Shown here: piece after piece, positions 1-13,937 of the stretch
Layout of the letters: the number at the start of each line of letters is the position of its first letter
How positions within the stretch are numbered: the stretch's first letter is position 1
Assembly (NCBI RefSeq): GCF_000150275.1
Contig: NW_002060957.1
Location: forward strand, 980,445-1,044,444
Source of the DNA: Trichoplax adhaerens
Taxonomy: Eukaryota; Animalia; Placozoa
DNA length: 64,000 bases
Direction: 5' to 3'
Made by a program: the position numbers and the translations under genes
Notes under the pieces: model-generated
Seen by the model: only the letters and a program-made list of their open reading frames with translations
The model's database searches: none
What the model was told of the DNA's origin: nothing

Positions 1-1193
1 GTACTCAACATCGTCAAATCAATCGCGTGGTTGAACTACCTGATCATCCTCATTCTATCCTAGTCTTATCCACTAGCTAGCTATTGGCAGTACCACCCAA
101 AGGAGTCAAGCAAGAAGCGATACAAGGTTGGAGGCATACAACTTGATCATCATCATGATGAAACAAAAGAAAAAAAAAAATTTTTGAATTCAATTGCTTC
201 ATTTACAGTTAATAGACAATTCTAGCCTACAATTCTACTCCATCATCATCATTGCAATTCTTCAATTTGTTGTTGTTGTTTTTATTAGCCAGCAATCATA
301 TCAAATGATGCATTGATTGTAAAGTACTTGTATGTAGGTGAGGATCGATGAATTCAATACAATGATGAGTTTCAAATTAAAAATGCTGCATTCAAAAGTC
401 GACGAGTACCATCGGATGCTTTCGATCGACTGTAGTTCAACAGAATACCGTAAACTGCAGTAATTGATTTTTCCTCAATGCCAATCAATGGCCGGCCTAG
501 TGGATACCATCGTTAGGCAGATGGCAATATCGCTGGTAAATGTTAGTCCTAATACGCTCCAATCTAGTTTGATGACCATGTAGTTCACGCTTGATCATTT
601 TCTCTTATTCATGCTCTCTAAACCAATAACCGAATAACAATACAGTCCATGGAGGATAAAAGAGAGATGGCCATAACATAGCCAAGCAGTTGTTGAACTT
701 TGACGCTATCATGACAGTTGAACAGCTTTAAATCAATCCAAATTGACTTTCTTACGGTAATATCAACCAGATGATAAAATCCACTCATCTTGTTCAATTG
801 CAAAAGCAATCAACATGGATCGCTACAGCCAAGGAAAGGCCACCGTACGGTAAAAATAGCGTAGAAGGATCAATTATCCGTGTTGACAGGACGCTCTGTC
901 GGATTAGTTTACCTTACCCATCCATGACAGTATTTCTAATCGTTGTAAACCCGATCAAAGAGTAAAGGAAACACTGCAATCACTCATTTCATTTCAATCA
1001 TCATCCAAAATGGATAACAAGCAAATGATTGTCTAGCTAGTTTCGTTCTTGTCATGACAAAGATAACAAAACAATTTTTAAATTTGTTATCTAAATTATT
1101 AACCATTTAATGTGAAAAATAAATGTTTTCTTTTTTTTTTTTCCCCCTTTTTTGTCATCGTGGCGGTGGATAAGCAGATTCAATTACGCCACC

Positions 1194-1562
1194 ATGTATG
1201 TCTACTTAAAAGATGGCCAACATTTACGTTATATTAGTCGAGTTAGCTTAGCAGATGGTTGTTATCCTTGTGTTCATAATGTCTTGCATGAGCATAAGGA
1301 ATTAGTTGAACCAGCAATTTGGTTTAAGGTCTTGGTGCTGGATTCCATTTGTATTGATTGTTCCAAGCGTATGTTCTACTGGACTACCGGCCATATCGGC
1401 AAGCATGATCTACGTTTATGGACAACGGAATATGGCGATATGGAATTTTATGATTATGATGATGACTTTGATGAGCTCTTTCTTCTAGCTCGCAAGTTAT
1501 TAACAGAAAAGAATGCTATCGCTGATAAAGACTTGGCAGAAACACAGGTTAGTACTGTCTAG
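1194..1562 (+). CDS. Hypothetical 122-aa protein with two CxxC motifs and an acidic patch; function unknown, possibly mobile-element or virus derived
   Basis: ATG at 1194 in a perfect GCCACCATG context; translation MYVYLKDG...CYPC...CIDC...YDYDDDFDE. No family recognised. Confidence 0.35.
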   Translation: MYVYLKDGQHLRYISRVSLADGCYPCVHNVLHEHKELVEPAIWFKVLVLDSICIDCSKRMFYWTTGHIGKHDLRLWTTEYGDMEFYDYDDDFDELFLLARKLLTEKNAIADKDLAETQVSTV

Positions 1563-4500
1563 TTGTTTCTTTCTTTTACAGTCAGTCATGGCGATCAAAG
1601 CCTTATCCTCGTAGTCCTATTGAAAGGAAAGGCTTTACTTTAGCCTATTTTCCCCATGAATCGCTTGTCCTTTCCATACATCATTCTTCTCATTGCAAAA
1701 CTTTCCACCATTTCACCATACTGCCATCGTATTATCCTGACCATTAGCCAGTTGTTTCTGTTCTATCTTCGTTATTACATTATACACGCTGCTGTCTGCA
1801 ATATCCGGTATTGACAACATCATCAACTTCTCAACTTTACTGCAGTCTATCATTCACTTTTTGCTGCTTTTAATTATTTAAAAATAAGCCCAAAACAACA
1901 TTCAATAACACTTCACTCCATCATAAGAGGATGATTAGCACCTTACAAGGAAGCATGGAAAAATTCAACTACCCTCTTCACATAAATCGTATTCATCATA
2001 GCAAGAGAGAAGGGACCAAAATGTTCATCTGATGGCGTTGAATACCAATCATTGTGTCCAAACTAGACGATTACTTGGTCACAGTGCAAGCCATGATGGA
2101 TAGTCCATTTCATGACTGTTTCTATTCCACTGTATTTTATAATCATTTTGCAAAGAAAATTCAAAAGGCTATTCGGAATGGTTCTACGATAGTTTGGACT
2201 CTATGCAGAAAGAAGGATACGCATGAAAATAATATCAATCTCAGTCATAATATCGACCTACCTACCCTTGATGATTGTTTTGACTCTGCAATCATCGTCA
2301 ATATGGCGTAATGGTAAATAAGAGTATACAGTACATAAATGAGCACTCTTCTCATCATTGCGCCTTCTATTTCATTCGCATTCTTGACAGTCCTACGACA
2401 ATATGCCAACGTATCACAACGCTGTTTTTCACTTTCTTTTTGGCTATTTGCTTGGTATGCTGAAGGCAGTCCACGTTGATATTCGCTGATATTGATATCC
2501 AACATACTGTACAGCTCGCGTACGCGTCTATTAACCTACAGTGCTTCAACTTCTTTTCTCACCAAGGCAGTCATGAAAGTATGTCAAATCTCACAACGCT
2601 GCTTCATGACTCCATTTTGAACTATTTCCTTCGCATTTCTTCCTTCAGTCATGGACTCTCAGATGACTTCTACATGCTTGGAAGATCGAAAAGTTTATAG
2701 TTTAGTCCTATTGCATCTTTAATACAATGGATAACATTACTCTACCAAGATAATTATCCAAGGCAGCACACGCCTGGATTTTGGGCTATTTCGTCAACAT
2801 TTCTTCCTTCAGCGCTATGCATTCTCGAATAGAATTTGGGACACTCACGGTACTGCGGAGGGTTGCGACTCCTTTCCCCGATACTATTTTCCTTTTGCAA
2901 TCAACTCAAAAGGCGATATCAATATCCACCATTCCTTGACTACTTTTCATCATGTTATTTTCTATTTGTTCAGGCTTAGTAGACAAAATCCGACAATCAC
3001 AACTTGCATTTGTATTTTACTATTTTATTAGCATTGTGAACAGCATCGACAATTCTACTCCACGTTGCTATCAAGACTAAGGTGCAACTCTGTGGTGCAG
3101 GATACAAAATATCACCACTCTAGTTTGTATTTTACCATTTATTAGCATTGTGACTGTCCACTTCTGAGTTCTCTGATATCGATTGAGCCTATCTTGTTTT
3201 GCCTTCTATCGATTCGTTGATGTCAGTGCAACAGTGTTTCAACTTTTTTTCTAATACTATTTTCGAGCCAGATACAGTATCAATTGATATGCTTGATAAA
3301 CGCGTCCATCATCAAAGCTGTAATTAAGATCCAATTTCCCAGAAATGATCGATGACATAACGCTTAAGAATGATAGACACAAGGCAGTTTGGTCAATCAA
3401 TTTTTAAAGTCTTTTTATTTGCCTGCAGTCTATCATGTCATGATGATGTGTTTGGTCAATAACTGCTTCTTCAAATAATTCACCATATTGGTATAGCGTA
3501 TGCCCATTGTCAAGATACAGTACGGATATTATTTTGCTGTGCCCTAGTTTGGTCCGTCTAAAATAGTGTTATCAATATTTCGGTTTTCCAATTGCTTTCA
3601 GTATGGCAATAAATCTCAATTAGACTGAATTAGCCTTGACATCATTCGCTTGAAGGTCAATACCAGTACAAATAATATTAGGCTAAAGAAGTCCCTGGCC
3701 AAACACTGTCAGCATGATGTTGGTGTTCCTTGATGAATTTTATAACAAGACGAAGAGTTACAATACAATACTACGTTCCATTCTCCATTTCCAATATGCA
3801 ATAGCAGAAATAACATTTTTAGAGTTGAACAGGAACTAGCAGTATTTCAGTGATGAATGTTGTTGAAATCAAAACTGAAATTAGGTATCGCCATGCTTTC
3901 CCTTCAACTCATAAGTTTGGGTCAATCTTTGTAGCAATACTTGAACAACAGAAAGTAACTGTATTTTCCTGATGAATGTTGAAACCAAAACTGAAATTAT
4001 GTATAGCAACGCTTTCCCTTTAACTCATGAGTTTTCGTAGCAACATTTGATCCAGCCTATCAATCAATCAATTATATTATAGAATTATCCATAAGACTCA
4101 GTCAGCTCACAGTTGCTGTAGTTGGAATGCTTTTGCAAGGAGGAATTCAATGTCCTTCAGTTGACTGTGATAGTAGATTGAATTTGACACTCGTCAAGAA
4201 AACATATCGTTGTAACAAAATGATTCATAAACCAAGAACTACTAAAAGGAAGTGCAATGGCTACCCTATTTCTCACATAATCCAAGGCCATCCTTAACTG
4301 AGTCCCCTAGTTGATTACCCTCTGAAAATAGTTTGTCCATTCAACTTTCGCTGTTCAACTTGATGATTCATCGATCCCATTTGGGACAAAATTCAAGACC
4401 CTACTGGACAACGTGGTGTAGTTGATGATCCACAGAAAATAGTCTGTCCATTCAATTTTGCTCCCTAACCATGTATGAATCTTATTGCGGATAGAGTTTG

Positions 4501-6001
4501 GTCTGTTGATTCAATTGTGGCATTTCACTTAGTGATGTAAATAGATCAATTTCGATTGACTGAATAATCCATCAACTTCAATCCGGAAAGAAAACTAAAC
4601 CCTACTTTTACAACCTCGCTCAGATTGCTTTCATTTCTCAATACAAGAGTACAGTAATAGTATAAAGCATTCAAGATTTTACATTTAAAATGGCGAGTGT
4701 GAAGAATGCACTTGAATCAAAATGTATACCACAAGGTTATCGTAATACCCTGAGAGAATGCAAGACCCTAGTTTGCAATATACTCATGAAAAGGTGAAAA
4801 CAAGGGCAGTATTTCAAATTATCCTACCAATACAAAAGCCAATTTAGCTTGTAACGATTCTCACATGAGTGCCATCCATTGGATGGTTTCGTCGTTTTTA
4901 CGCTATAATCCTATTCAAATGAAGACATCGCTTTAGACCATAGAAAATGCTTTACCCTTTATGGTCTAGACCGATTGCAAACTATTTGGCTTACGTCCAG
5001 TGTTTACCGCATTGAAATCTTGTGCCTTTGAAATGAATAGAAAATTAAACAGTTGTAAGGCTATTTCAAATCTTGTTGTGAAATGGAAGACAGCCATGGA
5101 TCTACTCGATGCTATGAAAAGTATAGACGACTAAATTGAATTGTCAATCTCATTTTGACATGGATTTTATTCTTGTCAAGTTTTAAAGGAAATGAGTCGG
5201 TCGATAGAAACAATTTATTTATTGTTGGAAAGGCAGCTGAACATGAGAATGGTTTTCAACAAATACATAACATTACACCCAGTGGCTGCTCCACATACTG
5301 GGACATCCATTTTGTCAGTCATGAATCCATTCCTTTTTGCGTCAAATAATTTTATTTCCCATTACTATCGTTGTCAACCGAATACAAATACTTTACCCGG
5401 CAACTGCATACTCGGATATGTATTTAGTCAGTAATGAAACCATTCTTATTGCGTCAGATTATTGTACAGCAAGGACAATCATCACCCATTCTGTCTTTGA
5501 ATCGATCCTTTGGAAATATTTTAAGAACGGGGTAAAAGAAATAAGCAAATAAAGGCCAAACATCCAAAATGACCTTGTGTCAACATCGACGCTACAATGG
5601 ATTGTCCATAGGCAAATATGTCTCCCGCCAGTAAATCAAAAGGGTGGCCATAGTAGACTGCTTCGAATGCATCCTTGACCATGGTGATGAATTCCTTTAG
5701 CATTCAATCTTGCCATGATGGATTGACTATTTAATCTCGTGTTGAGATTGATTAATGCGCTGTACATTTTGTACATTTTGCAATCTTGTCACGGACAATA
5801 ACCTTCATTTTGTGCCATTATGGGTAATTAGAATCAATGTCTATTTTTCAATGGCTTGCAACCGAATAAATTACTGTAATATTCGACTGTTTCATTATGA
5901 TAAAGCAATACGCCATGGCAAACTATTATTAAAATTGGACTTGGATGTTGAACTAGGCATTGTTGTCATGGATTATTTTGGATAGCATAGTCAATGCGTC
6001 A

Positions 6002-6295
6002 GATTATATTGTTAACCTTAAAAGACAATCTTTCAACATTTTTGTTCTTCCAAGTAGTAAACACGCTCTAGGCTTTCAACTGAGGATAGAGTCGATGTCT
6101 ATGATCGGTTAGAAACGCATAACATTGATATTGATAATCATGGAGGAGCGTAAGATTATATTATTAACCTTAAAAGAAGATCTTTCAACATTTCTGTTCT
6201 TCCAAGTAGTAAACACGCTCTAGGCCTTCTATTGAGGATAGAGTCGATGTCTATGATCGGTTAGAAACGCATATCATCGATATTAATAATCATGG
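6002..6295. repeat. Tandem duplication, ~155-bp unit, 2 copies
   Basis: ttaaccttaaaaga...caagtagtaaacacgctctagg...gatcggttagaaacgcat...taatcatgga occurs twice. Confidence 0.85.
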
Positions 6296-6399
6296 ACAGC
6301 AAACAGTTTGGAATGGATTACGCTTAAAGGCAATCAATAACTCTTTTCATATTTTACTGATAGAATAATCAATCGACTATTGCCATCGATGCTATTCTT

Positions 6400-7600
6400 T
6401 TTAAGGACAGTAGTATATTCATTCTTTGTCTTGATATCAGCAATTTATCTTATGCACGGATCTTGTAGTCTATCCCTATTCTATAACATTGGTGGTTGAG
6501 TTAAGCTCTGAGTAGAGAATTGGGATTATTTTCTATGGCCTTGAGTTTATAGAAATGTGTAAACTATCTATCTTGATATCACCATTTTATGTTGCATTTT
6601 TGTAAATCTATAAAACATCCATGATAACAGTAGATTGGTTCAACTCTCAGCACAAAGTGAGGGTATTATCCTTGGCTTGGATGGCAGAAAGTACTACATC
6701 TACTTTGATATTATGAACGCATTTTGTAGAGTTTATCCTATTACCCATCGACTACAACAATATCACCATTTTGTGTTGTATTTTTGTAAGGCTATAACGT
6801 CCATGACAACAATTTTTTGGTTAAAAGTCTCGACACAAAGTGAGGATACTGTCCACGGCTTAGATGGCAAAAAGTCCTATACTCTCTACCTTGCTATCAT
6901 GAACACATTTTATAGAGTTTATCCTATTCCATCGACTACAACAGTGAAGCCAAAGACAATCTTTGGCGGCTTCGAGTAAGAGAACGTATAAACGTAAAAC
7001 TCTACGTTGGATAGAATAATAGTCTATTAGGCATATGTAAGCTTTCTGATAACAGTGATGATAGCAACGGATTAGTTAAAGTAGTAAATAGTTGGATATT
7101 TGTCTGCAGCTTTGATCGCATTGCAGAAAAGAATATACTCTCTATGCCTTAACTATCATGAAGGCATTTTGTACAGTTGATCCTATTCTATCGACTACCA
7201 ACAGTGGATAGTAAGACGATATTGACAGCTTGGAGTACAAGAAAATAGAAACTCTCTACGTTGGATAGAATTATGGTCAGTTAATTATAGCTTATCCTGT
7301 AACATGCATTGCATATCGAGACATACTCTACGGCTTTGAGTACCGAAATAGATCAATTTTCTAACGTCATATTTCCAGTCTATATTAGACAAAGGGGTGA
7401 AGAGTAATCGCCTATTGAAACTTCCAACATATCGCTGATGTAATACTATCTATACAAGAAGATATTAAACAAAGCTATCGAGAATAATTTCCTACTAAAA
7501 CTACTAACATATCATTAATATGTGATGCTCTATACATAAAGGTTTTAAACAAAGCTATGGAAAACAATCCCCTATTAAAACTAGAAACGATGCATAGACT
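6400..7600. repeat. Old, diverged tandem repeats
   Basis: Recurring motifs cttgatatca, catttt-tagagtttatcctatt, atcgactacaaca, actctacgttggatagaat and aaacaaagctat. Confidence 0.6.
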
Positions 7601-7726
7601 TTTTGGCTTTGGGGGTAAAAATTTTATCTATAGGCGTCCCTGACATTACCAAGCAATCCATGAAATTAAAACTCTGCAATAGAGTAACTTGTAGATGTTA
7701 TACTCGCAGAATGGACATCCAATAAT

Positions 7727-10700
7727 ATGAATCATATCAATATCTTGTTAATGCCCATACAAGACATGAATGTTTGTTAATATACATTTCTACCTTGGTA
7801 AATGATATAAACGACATTGTATCCCTATATTACACCTTCACTTGGATATCTTAAGAGATGCTACTCAAATAACCATCTAAATTACAATTAGAATTGGTAG
7901 TGTCATCATTACAGCAGTAATAAATGTTCGATATTATGATATAGCAAGATATGGATTCCAACATTTCACACTGAATTGAAATAATACTTACAAAATATAT
8001 AATCATAAGTCATACATTCCATTTATACATTGTCATTGATCCGGTTATATTCTTGCCTTTCTTCTAGAGTGAACAAAACCTTTTAAAATTACTGCATTGC
8101 TACGCTTTACCCTTAATAACGCTACAAAAAGGTGATATCGATCGAGTATCAGAAGCCTTGAATAAGCAGGTAAGATTATTCATGAATTATGGTAAAGCCT
8201 CAGGCTAGAATCAGGCTGCTATGATATTCCTTTCCTAACGCTCTATTTTACTATAAAAAATGTCAAGATATATGCAAAAGTAGAATGTGTTTACTTTAAC
8301 TTTCTCTCTCTCTCTATATATAGTAATGACTACATACTAGATACTATCTAAAATAGCAACGCTAATTTTACAGATTCAATTATTATACAACTTCGACGAG
8401 CAATTATCATTACAACTTGAAGCTATGCAAAGTATTAAAGAGCAAATGAATGAATTACGAATAAAGCTACTACCAGATTTGCCGCAAACTATTGAGTCTG
8501 GCAAATGTTCTCGAGAATTTTTGGAACTTTTTCTACGTGATATTAAAAGCTACCAAGTAGTAGCTAAAGAAGAGGTATATTATTAATTCTTTCCAGCTTA
8601 TTATTACACGTATTATAATAGCTACTGTTGCAACATTGTCTATTGGAAATGTACCAATATAGGTCGATAAATCACAGTTAAATGTCGATGCTGCGAAAAA
8701 TGCTGTGTACAGTGGCGCAGGAACGGAAGAAGAATTAGAAAAGTAAGTAAGAAAAAATGGTAAAAGTATGAGTTACCACAGTCATAAGACATTAACTAGT
8801 CTTTACGGATACTGTACATGTAGGCAGCAGCATCTTACTTCATTGGAATACTCAACTGTAATAATATGATGAATAAATTATATAGGGCTCGCGATGACCG
8901 TAATCACATCGCCAAGTTTTATATGAATTTAATGATGGTACGAGAAACTGTTCATAATGCTCTAAGAAGAAGCCAGTATACAGAAATTGATGAGGTCACT
9001 ACTAATTGGTTGACTTAGTAATAATATTATTTTAAATAGTTCTGCCAGTATTCTATTTTTGATCGCGAATTTCAATTTTATCCAAACAGATTGGTAATGA
9101 GATTCATATAGAATTTCTAGCTTCTGTTAATGCAATCAATGATAGGCAAAAAGAAGTCAACGAATTAGTGCAGAAAAAAGTAATGAAAATAAATTTGTTT
9201 CTTTACTTGTTAATGATTTACATCTAGCTACTAGCGTTGTCGGAGTATTTGATCTCCTAAATAAACATGATTAACATTAATGCTTTAAAATCTCAGGTAT
9301 AATATCCTACTTTCGATATTTTGAATTCCTTTAGGTATTAGCAGTGAGCGTTCGAGAAGCCTTACAATCCACTCTCGAACAATTAAAGGATGGAGTTGTT
9401 ACTGCCGGTGTTGATAGTAGCTTATATGGCTTGCGACCTACTGATGGTAAGTGATCAATCGGATAATAAAATAAATAATGCTCGTATGAAGCTTATTAAA
9501 TACGTGGGTAATAAATTTACGTTCACAAATCAAAAGTATTGAAAGGTGATGAAGGTGTATCACTTAGCTCTAAATGGTCAACTTTATCTGAAAAAGTAGC
9601 AAAGGTATCATTACGAAACTTTAACTTGAAATTCTCTCCACTTAATCATCGTATAATAGTACAATAATCAAGTATTTATTTCGTTTGTAATCTCATTACA
9701 GGCCTTAAATGATGACCCACATATTAGTCAAGAATACAAATCATTCTGTCAGGAAGTTATTTGTCGGTGTCAGCGAATGTTAGCTCAAGTTGACAAGGAA
9801 TCACGTAGTAGTACTTCCGATGGAAACGATGATGAGTACGTTACCGATGGATTTTTAGTTATTGAAGAAGAAGACGAACAAGATTCAACTAATTATCTCA
9901 AGAGAAGTTTGGCTTCACTCAAACAAGATATCCTTGCCCATTTTAAACGAGTAGGTTATGTTATTTTGTGGTAGGAAATTTTAGAGTGATAATAAGTTTA
10001 AAATGTGAACTTTTTCTATGTAACTTAAAAACTTTTCAGATTGCAGCAACCTTCGCCCAACAGTTTGAAGGTAGTAATGTGTCTACTTTGCAACGAAAAA
10101 TTTGGCTATGCTATGAACGATGCTTTTATGAAGTAGTTGGGAAGAGTTTAGTTTCTGTATATGAGGTAATACTTTGAATTAATTATCAAAGAAAGGGGTT
10201 TAAGTTGATGTTACCGTTCTTGACAATTAATTTTTACATTTTATTTTGACAGAGATTTAATCAAAAGCAGATGGAAGTTATCGCTGAAAAAGTTAAAAAA
10301 TTTGGCGTTTGTCCGGTTGTAGATATGGGTTTAACAACAAAGTACGAATGGTGGATGGACTTATTTAATGAATCTAGAAGCATTTGTCTTCACAGTGAGA
10401 GTCATATGAAAAATGATGCCGATAACAGCGAAATTACGAAAACAGACAGTAAAAATGAAACAAACCAAACGGCCTCGATCAATATTAAAGATGCCAATCG
10501 GCTTCATGAAGGGACTGTAGAAGATCATGCAGAACACTTGCACAGTAATAAAAGCAATGATAACGAAAGTGCATGGAAACAAAATGTCCATGAAATAACT
10601 AATGATGGTATACCAAAAGATGGTGATATAGGTAAGACGAGGAATGGCGATGACCAGGAAGAAATTAGCGAAAATCACCAAATTCTAGAATTGAGTCATC

Positions 10701-13700
10701 AGCAACAAAAACAAGCTCTACCAGATCAGCTATCAGACAACATTGAAGACAGAAATAGCCAAGAATGCTCACTCGATACTGCTCAAACAGAACTCGATCC
10801 AGCATTAGATCCCGAGAATGAATTAACAGAGCAGAAACCATCACCAGGTACGTTTAGTAACCGATTAGCATTATTGAAATTTATTAAGTGCGGTGTTCTT
10901 GTTTTACAGGCATCCCTTAATAATCTTGCAATTTGATTATTACGTTAAAAATGTAGATTCTGAATCAAAAATAATAAAAACTGGATCATTCCAGAAGGAG
11001 AATAATACTGAAACAGACGATGAAGAAAAAACTTCGCCTAAAGTACATGAAATAGATGATCAAGAAAATAGCTTGGATGAAATTTTAAATGAACAACAGC
11101 TGAAAGAAGAAGCATGCAAAAGTGTACAATTTAATCAAGCACAACTTGAGGAAAACATGACAGATTCTTCCCTCACAAAGGTAGCAGATTATCAAATTAA
11201 TAATGCCGAAGAAGCACATGAAGATCAACAGATTAAATCCACACTAACCAACAATAATTCTCATTCCGATATATCACATGATGGTGGCTCTAAGAAAATT
11301 ACAAATGAACAAGATTCACAAAATATGCAAGAAACCTTACCTTCTGCCAAAGAGAGCGTTGCAGATGAATCAGATTCAGAAAGTATGCAAACACCTCAAG
11401 AAGGTACAGAAATAAATCAATTATCAGACGAAAAAGTTAAAGAGACAGCGGCTGTAAATTCACTCTCAGAAGCAGACGCTGAGCAAGATATCATGGTAGA
11501 AGGTAAAGATTCCAAAATGGAAAATAGAATTAAATGCAGCGATAATGATTCCATAAATAATATAGAATCTGAAAAATTCATCAACCCAGAGCAGTCCGAA
11601 GAAAGTATTAAAGATGTTAATAAAAAGAAAGCAGATTTTAGGAATGATCATGTAAGAGCTGAGGACGTAGGAATTGACCCTCTAAATGTCAGTCAAGATT
11701 TTTGGGATACAAAAACCATTGCTGTAAGTATTTCGGAGATGTTAGAAAGTAAGGAATACATGGAACCATCTTCTAATGAAGCAGAGAATGATAGCAAACA
11801 TATTTCCTCAAACAAAGATATTGAAAATTTATCGGAACCTACACTGAATGATGCTAATCTTGAAAATTTTAATGAACGGGATGCAAGTGACCATATTGGC
11901 TTAAGTAGTAATAAGCCAAGCGATGAGGAGGATATATGTAATCACGAAGATGATAACGATAGCAATCGTTCAGCTGAAAATACATCAGGGATTAAATCTG
12001 AAGTGAATCATATTAGACATGAAGAAGGCAAAAACGAATATGATGCCGAAAGTAGCTCCGATATTCAAAAACATACATCTGATAGATCAGACTCAACATC
12101 ATCTATGAATGATAATCAAACCAAAATTCGAAGGAAAACTAGTAAATCCAGCTCAGTCTCATCCATGAGTAGCAGAAAAGCCGATATTCTACGCAAAGTT
12201 AATGGTAAAAAGAGAGCGAAATCAGCGGGTGATGAAAAAACTATTGCTTCATCTCCGTCGACTAATGCTGATGAAAACAATCAGAATTTAGGAAGCAATA
12301 ATAAGACGAGTGATAGTAAAAATTCTAGTACTAGCAATGGCAAAATGATAACTAGTATCTCAGCACCAGCGGTATCGCAAGTACCATATGCTGTAAAAAT
12401 GGCCGGCGACCAACTAGGTGAAAAAGAAGACGGTCTTTTAGATGTCACATATGCAAAGCCTGCACCAGCGTCGATTATTCCGATTGCTTGTGCTAATGCT
12501 ACGACGGTAGCTGCCTCAGTGATCCTATCAGCCTGTGGTGGTATTATTAACATCGGCGAATCGTTATATATCCCATCCCAAGAGCAATCTTCAAACGATC
12601 ATATCCCAAGAAAAAAATTGCAGATATTTCCTGGTGCTACAGAAGACGAAATGTTATTTTGTAAAGTAGATGATCAGCCGGTACGAAGAAGAGCGGAAAA
12701 TTACGATTATGACTCTGATTCGACTGCTTCCATGGAGTCATGTTCTGTTACAGATTCCAATTCTGATGTTGATGTAAACGCGTTGGCTATGAGCAATAGT
12801 GAAGATAACGATAGTGCTATAGAAGACGAGGAGATACAAGCAATTCCGAAGGAAAAAACGGCAAAGTATAACGGACAAGATACTATTGACAGTGTTAGAA
12901 ATGAAACCCATCGTGATGGTGACTCTCAAATAGTAAATGAAAATGAGCCGATGACTCCTGGAACTTTAATGAAACGTTTTGATCTAGAACTCAGTAAAGC
13001 TACATCAGTCTTGGGTGTATCTGAGCCATCACTCGAAGACACGATTATAACATTTGAACAGTATTTTGGCGCTGTTTTGGATGGTATTTGTGAGGTTTTA
13101 ATTTGTAATGCACCTATGGGAAAATTACAAGGTTTAATGTCGTCTCTTAAGAAATATACTAAGTCTATTGCCCAGTTACGACTGATGAAAGGTGTTAAAG
13201 GTATTTATCATTCCTAACTAATTGGTCAATTAATACACCTACGAATTTAATTTGCATTAAATTAGAATTCATTTGTTAAATTCTTATCCTAGTAAGTGTT
13301 GTAATGAAGTCAGCTGTTTGATTTTAGGCAAAGATATAATTTAGTATATAGCTAACATATAAGCAATTTATTTTATAGAGTAGCAGTTTAATTGCAATCA
13401 GCCAGTTGCTATTAAAAATGTGCAATAGTTTATAACCAATAGCTCATGTTCATGTTCTTCCGAGCATCTATAGCGTAAAGACTTGACATTTAGTAACAGT
13501 TCTCCATGTGCCTTTATCATACATGTGTCAGAGGTACACATTCTATACTTTTAAATTTCGTTAGAATGTATTACAATAATTTTTACTTTTTATGAATAAA
13601 GTAAATGACAGTATTGTGACATCACATAAGTTGCAAGATAAATTATTAAAGTTAAGATTGAAAATATTTTAGCATAATCTAGTTCTACTACAAAGAATTT

Positions 13701-13937
13701 GACATAATATTCTATTTGCCAGATCGTATCGCTGCAGCTGTCAGTACAGATGACTTATTGCCCTTCCTAACCTTGATATTGACTCGTGCTAAGCCCGAAG
13801 AAGCCGCAAGGCTATACGCTCAACTCAATTTTATTTCAGATCTAATGGGTGATTTTTTGTTGAATGGTGTCCACGGCAACGTTTTGATACAATTTCAAAT
13901 TACAATGGAGATATTAGCATCTCTGTCTCCACGCTGA
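7727..13937 (+). CDS. VPS9-domain protein (VPS9D1-like Rab5-family GEF), ~13 exons; start codon uncertain
   Basis: In-frame GT-AG exons start at ~8068, 8374, 8663, 8886, 9090, 9336, 9537, 9702, 10040, 10253, 10957 (to 13200) and 13723. The last exon RIAAAVSTDDLLPFLTLIL...GVHGNVLIQF is the VPS9 DDLLP motif. CYERCFYEVVGKSLVSVYE resembles the pre-VPS9 helical region. Candidate first coding exon 7727-7771 splices in frame. Confidence 0.75.

Noticed and set aside
10893-10956. ORF-track N-terminus MFLFYRHP... and the acceptor at 10909
   Set aside because: That acceptor gives an immediate in-frame stop after the phase-1 donor at 10848; the acceptor at 10956 restores the frame, so this stretch is intronic.
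10361-12929. Minus-strand ORFs overlapping the VPS9 gene
   Set aside because: Antisense shadows of long coding exons.
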